A stretch of DNA of 41,334 nucleotides from Bacilli bacterium. Its GTDB lineage: Bacteria; Bacillota_I; Bacilli_A; RF39; UBA660. The notes beneath the pieces are model-generated. The model was not told the origin of the DNA. It did no database searches and saw only the letters and a list, made by a program, of their open reading frames with translations. Every line of letters begins with the position of its first letter. The stretch's first letter is position 1. Where the stretch lies: positions 1 to 41,334 of the forward strand of contig JAAWNF010000004.1 of the NCBI GenBank assembly GCA_022798795.1, written 5' to 3'. Of the stretch, positions 38,716-41,334 are shown in pieces. Made by a program: the position numbers and the translations under genes.

Positions 38716-41334
38716 ATGATGTGTGGTAGAAAAAAAGGGTTCACTTTGATTGAACTACTAGCAGTAATCATAATCATTGGAGTTATCGCATTGATAGTTA
38801 CACCAATTGTAATTGATGTCATCAAAAAACAGGAGAAAAAAACTTTTCAAGAGAGTGTTCACGGAATTATGGAATCAATTAGAATTGATACAGCCGATGA
38901 TAATTTTTCGCTTCCTAGAGAATACTATTATAAAGATGGGACTTTAACTTTAGAACAAGTTGGAAATGGAAATCGTGATGACCTTCCAACGACAGTAAAG
39001 GTAAATGGACGTTATAGTGGTGAAGGAAGATTTATTGTTGATGAAGATGGTGACATTCTTGTAGTGAATGCATGTAATGGAAATTATTGTATCAACAATT
39101 CAAAGGATAATAACGAGCTTGTGCTTGAACCAGATGATGGTACGCATAATCCAGTTAGAGATCCAGAAGATCCAGTAATTACATTAATCGATAGCAAAGT
39201 AATGATGATAGGGTTGGGTTCTACGTTTACTGATCCAGGAGTTAAATCAGAAACGAGAGCAGGAGATGCATTAACATATACAACTGTAATAAAACGTGGC
39301 AATACAGTTGTAGAAAGTGTAGAAACAGGAGCAGTAGCAACGTATACAATTACATATACAAATGAAAGTAATGGTAAAAAGGCGACTGTAACAAGAACAG
39401 TAAAAGTAGTAGAAATGAAGCCACAAATTACAATTACAAAAGCAGATAGTAGCTATGTAAGAAGTAAAACTGTAGTAATAAAAGTAGCAGCAGTTTCACC
39501 AAACAAGGTAACAGGCTTTACTTATCAAATTGATGGACAAGACCCAATACAAGTAAGTGGAAATGAAAAAACAATAACATTAAACACTACGGGAATTTTT
39601 AGTATTGTGGTAAGAGCAACAGATGATAATGGTCATAGTGATAGTATCACTGGAGGACCATATAGAATAGATGCAACAGGACCAGAATTAACAATTGACC
39701 CTGAAATTGTGACATTAGATTCTGCAACAGCAGGAAGTTATAATATATTTACAGGAGTAACAGCAGTAGATAATGTAGATGGAACAATAGATAATAGTAA
39801 AATTATTACAGGTGGGGACACATTGTTATCAATTCCGGGCACATATCGAGTTACTTATATTGTAAAAGATAGATTAGGAAACGAAACTATTGGTATAAGA
39901 ACATTTGTGGTAAGTGATTCAACAAAACCAGTAATAACAATAGCACCAGAGGAAACAACAAGACATGTAAAATCGCAAAGTGTAAAAATAACAGCAACAG
40001 ATAACAATAGAGTGGATAGTATAACTTATGTTATTATAAAAGATGGAGTAAGAGGAACAACAAATCCAATTAATAATGGAGGTTCAGTCTTATTAAATTC
40101 TACAGGAAATTATCAAATAGAAGTATCAGCAACAGATGATAGTGGAAATACAGAAGTAAAAACAAGTAAAACATATATGATAGATACAACAGAGCCACAA
40201 CTTGTATTTGATAATGTAACATTAGCAGTAGATGAAGTTGTTGGTTATAATTTAATGACAGGAGTAACAGCAACAGATAATAGTGGAGTGACGCCAACAA
40301 TTACATATACAGGTGGTTTAAGTGCAACAGTGGGAACACAAACAATAACATATAAAGCAACAGATGAGGCAGGAAATGTAGGAACAAGAACAAGAACATT
40401 TACGATAACAGCAGCAACAGCCCCAATTATAAGTTTCTCACCAATTCAAACAACAGGATGGGTAAAATCAGTAAATATAACAATAAGTGCGACTGTAAAA
40501 CAGGGAGAAAACTTAAGTGCATTTACATATAGTATAAATAGTGGAGCAGCTCAAAGTGGAACAAGAAATGAAAACACAGGAACAGCAAATGTGACACTAA
40601 ATACAACAGGAACCTATACAATAAGTGCAACAGCAACAGGAGGATATGGAAATTCTAAAACTGAAGGCAGTGGGACTTATTATATAGACGCAACAGTTCC
40701 AACAGTGGGAGCAATAGGTGGAAATACAGATAGTTGGACAACAAGTAAGACTTTAACAGCAACGCTTTCTGATTCACATAGTGGTGTAGTAGCATATGCA
40801 TGGACAACAAGTAGTGCAACGCCAACAAGTTGGACATCAGTAACAAATACAAGTAGTTATGCATTTAGTAAGAGTGTAACAGCAAATGGAACATATTACT
40901 TATGGGCAAAAGATGCAGCAGGAAATATATCTGCAGCAAAAAGTGTTACAGTAAGTAAGATAGATACAACAACACCAAGTATAACAAGTAGCTATACAAG
41001 TACAGCTTATTCAGTAAATGAGAAAACAAGTGTAGCAGTAAGTACATTATATAGTGCAACATTCGGAGGAATGGGAGGAAGTGTTACATGTAAGAATGGA
41101 ACTACAACAATAACAAATCTAAATTCATTGGCAGTGGGGACATATACATTAACATGTACAGCAACAGGAGGAAATGGAAAGACAGCAAGTATAAAACCTA
41201 AAGTAACGATTAAGTCAGCAGGAACAAGTGGAAGTGATTTAGCAAATCAAGATAATTTACCTGACTTAGCAAATCTAAAAAGATATAGAGGAGCAAATCC
41301 GAATAACTGGGTATGCTTTGGTTCATCAAGTATA
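38716..41334 (+). CDS. Giant type IV prepilin-like surface protein with tandem Ig-like repeats (partial, runs off the window)
   Basis: RBS AAGGAG; MMCGRKKG|FTLIELLAVIIIIGVIALIVTP class III signal; open for 873 codons. Thr-rich repeats such as DxTxPxIT...GVTAxDNxDG...GTYxxTYxxxDxxGN. Absent from the ORF track because there is no stop codon in the window. Confidence 0.92.
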   Translation, partial: MMCGRKKGFTLIELLAVIIIIGVIALIVTPIVIDVIKKQEKKTFQESVHGIMESIRIDTADDNFSLPREYYYKDGTLTLEQVGNGNRDDLPTTVKVNGRYSGEGRFIVDEDGDILVVNACNGNYCINNSKDNNELVLEPDDGTHNPVRDPEDPVITLIDSKVMMIGLGSTFTDPGVKSETRAGDALTYTTVIKRGNTVVESVETGAVATYTITYTNESNGKKATVTRTVKVVEMKPQITITKADSSYVRSKTVVIKVAAVSPNKVTGFTYQIDGQDPIQVSGNEKTITLNTTGIFSIVVRATDDNGHSDSITGGPYRIDATGPELTIDPEIVTLDSATAGSYNIFTGVTAVDNVDGTIDNSKIITGGDTLLSIPGTYRVTYIVKDRLGNETIGIRTFVVSDSTKPVITIAPEETTRHVKSQSVKITATDNNRVDSITYVIIKDGVRGTTNPINNGGSVLLNSTGNYQIEVSATDDSGNTEVKTSKTYMIDTTEPQLVFDNVTLAVDEVVGYNLMTGVTATDNSGVTPTITYTGGLSATVGTQTITYKATDEAGNVGTRTRTFTITAATAPIISFSPIQTTGWVKSVNITISATVKQGENLSAFTYSINSGAAQSGTRNENTGTANVTLNTTGTYTISATATGGYGNSKTEGSGTYYIDATVPTVGAIGGNTDSWTTSKTLTATLSDSHSGVVAYAWTTSSATPTSWTSVTNTSSYAFSKSVTANGTYYLWAKDAAGNISAAKSVTVSKIDTTTPSITSSYTSTAYSVNEKTSVAVSTLYSATFGGMGGSVTCKNGTTTITNLNSLAVGTYTLTCTATGGNGKTASIKPKVTIKSAGTSGSDLANQDNLPDLANLKRYRGANPNNWVCFGSSSI

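Noticed and set aside
17330-40864. Short minus-strand ORFs opposite plus-strand genes (e.g. 20490, 23918, 32941, 39084, 40100, 40655) and 33852-34118
   Set aside because: They are antisense shadows with low-complexity Leu/Phe/Tyr-rich translations; those above 38716 lie opposite the real pilin ORF.

Overview
This is a low-GC Firmicute (Bacilli) chromosome segment using genetic code 11. Its reduced gene content is reminiscent of RF39-like gut Bacilli, which is an inference. The window spans the replication origin. Left of oriC, all genes run on the minus strand: dnaA-dnaN-comK-recF-gyrB-gyrA-[3x parS]-ffs-tadA-dnaX-ybaB-recR-bofA-holB-yaaT-yabB-rsmI-pth, then a probable mfd start fused to a GC-rich IS4-like fragment at the edge. 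Right of oriC, genes run on the plus strand: orphan membrane ORF, rpmH (missed by the ORF track), rnpA-yidC-jag-HD-mnmE-mnmG-rsmG-noc, an accessory block, then uvrB-yvlD-lgt-trxB. The accessory block holds a 1207-aa repeat/TelA-like protein, an FAD reductase, an HD hydrolase, a surface protein, tsaC and a zinc-ribbon protein. The window ends with an XRE regulator divergent from a giant type IV prepilin/Ig-repeat protein (at least 873 aa, missed by the ORF track, runs off the end). Most notable: (1) a 5x Clp-N-like repeat + TelA fusion; (2) a Noc with no N-terminal membrane helix and a ~260-aa low-complexity insert; (3) a TATTTCCCAA motif shared by oriC and the noc promoter; (4) comK between dnaN and recF; (5) a three-operator XRE switch in front of the giant pilin-adhesin. 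All family assignments come from motif recognition by eye; no database search was run.
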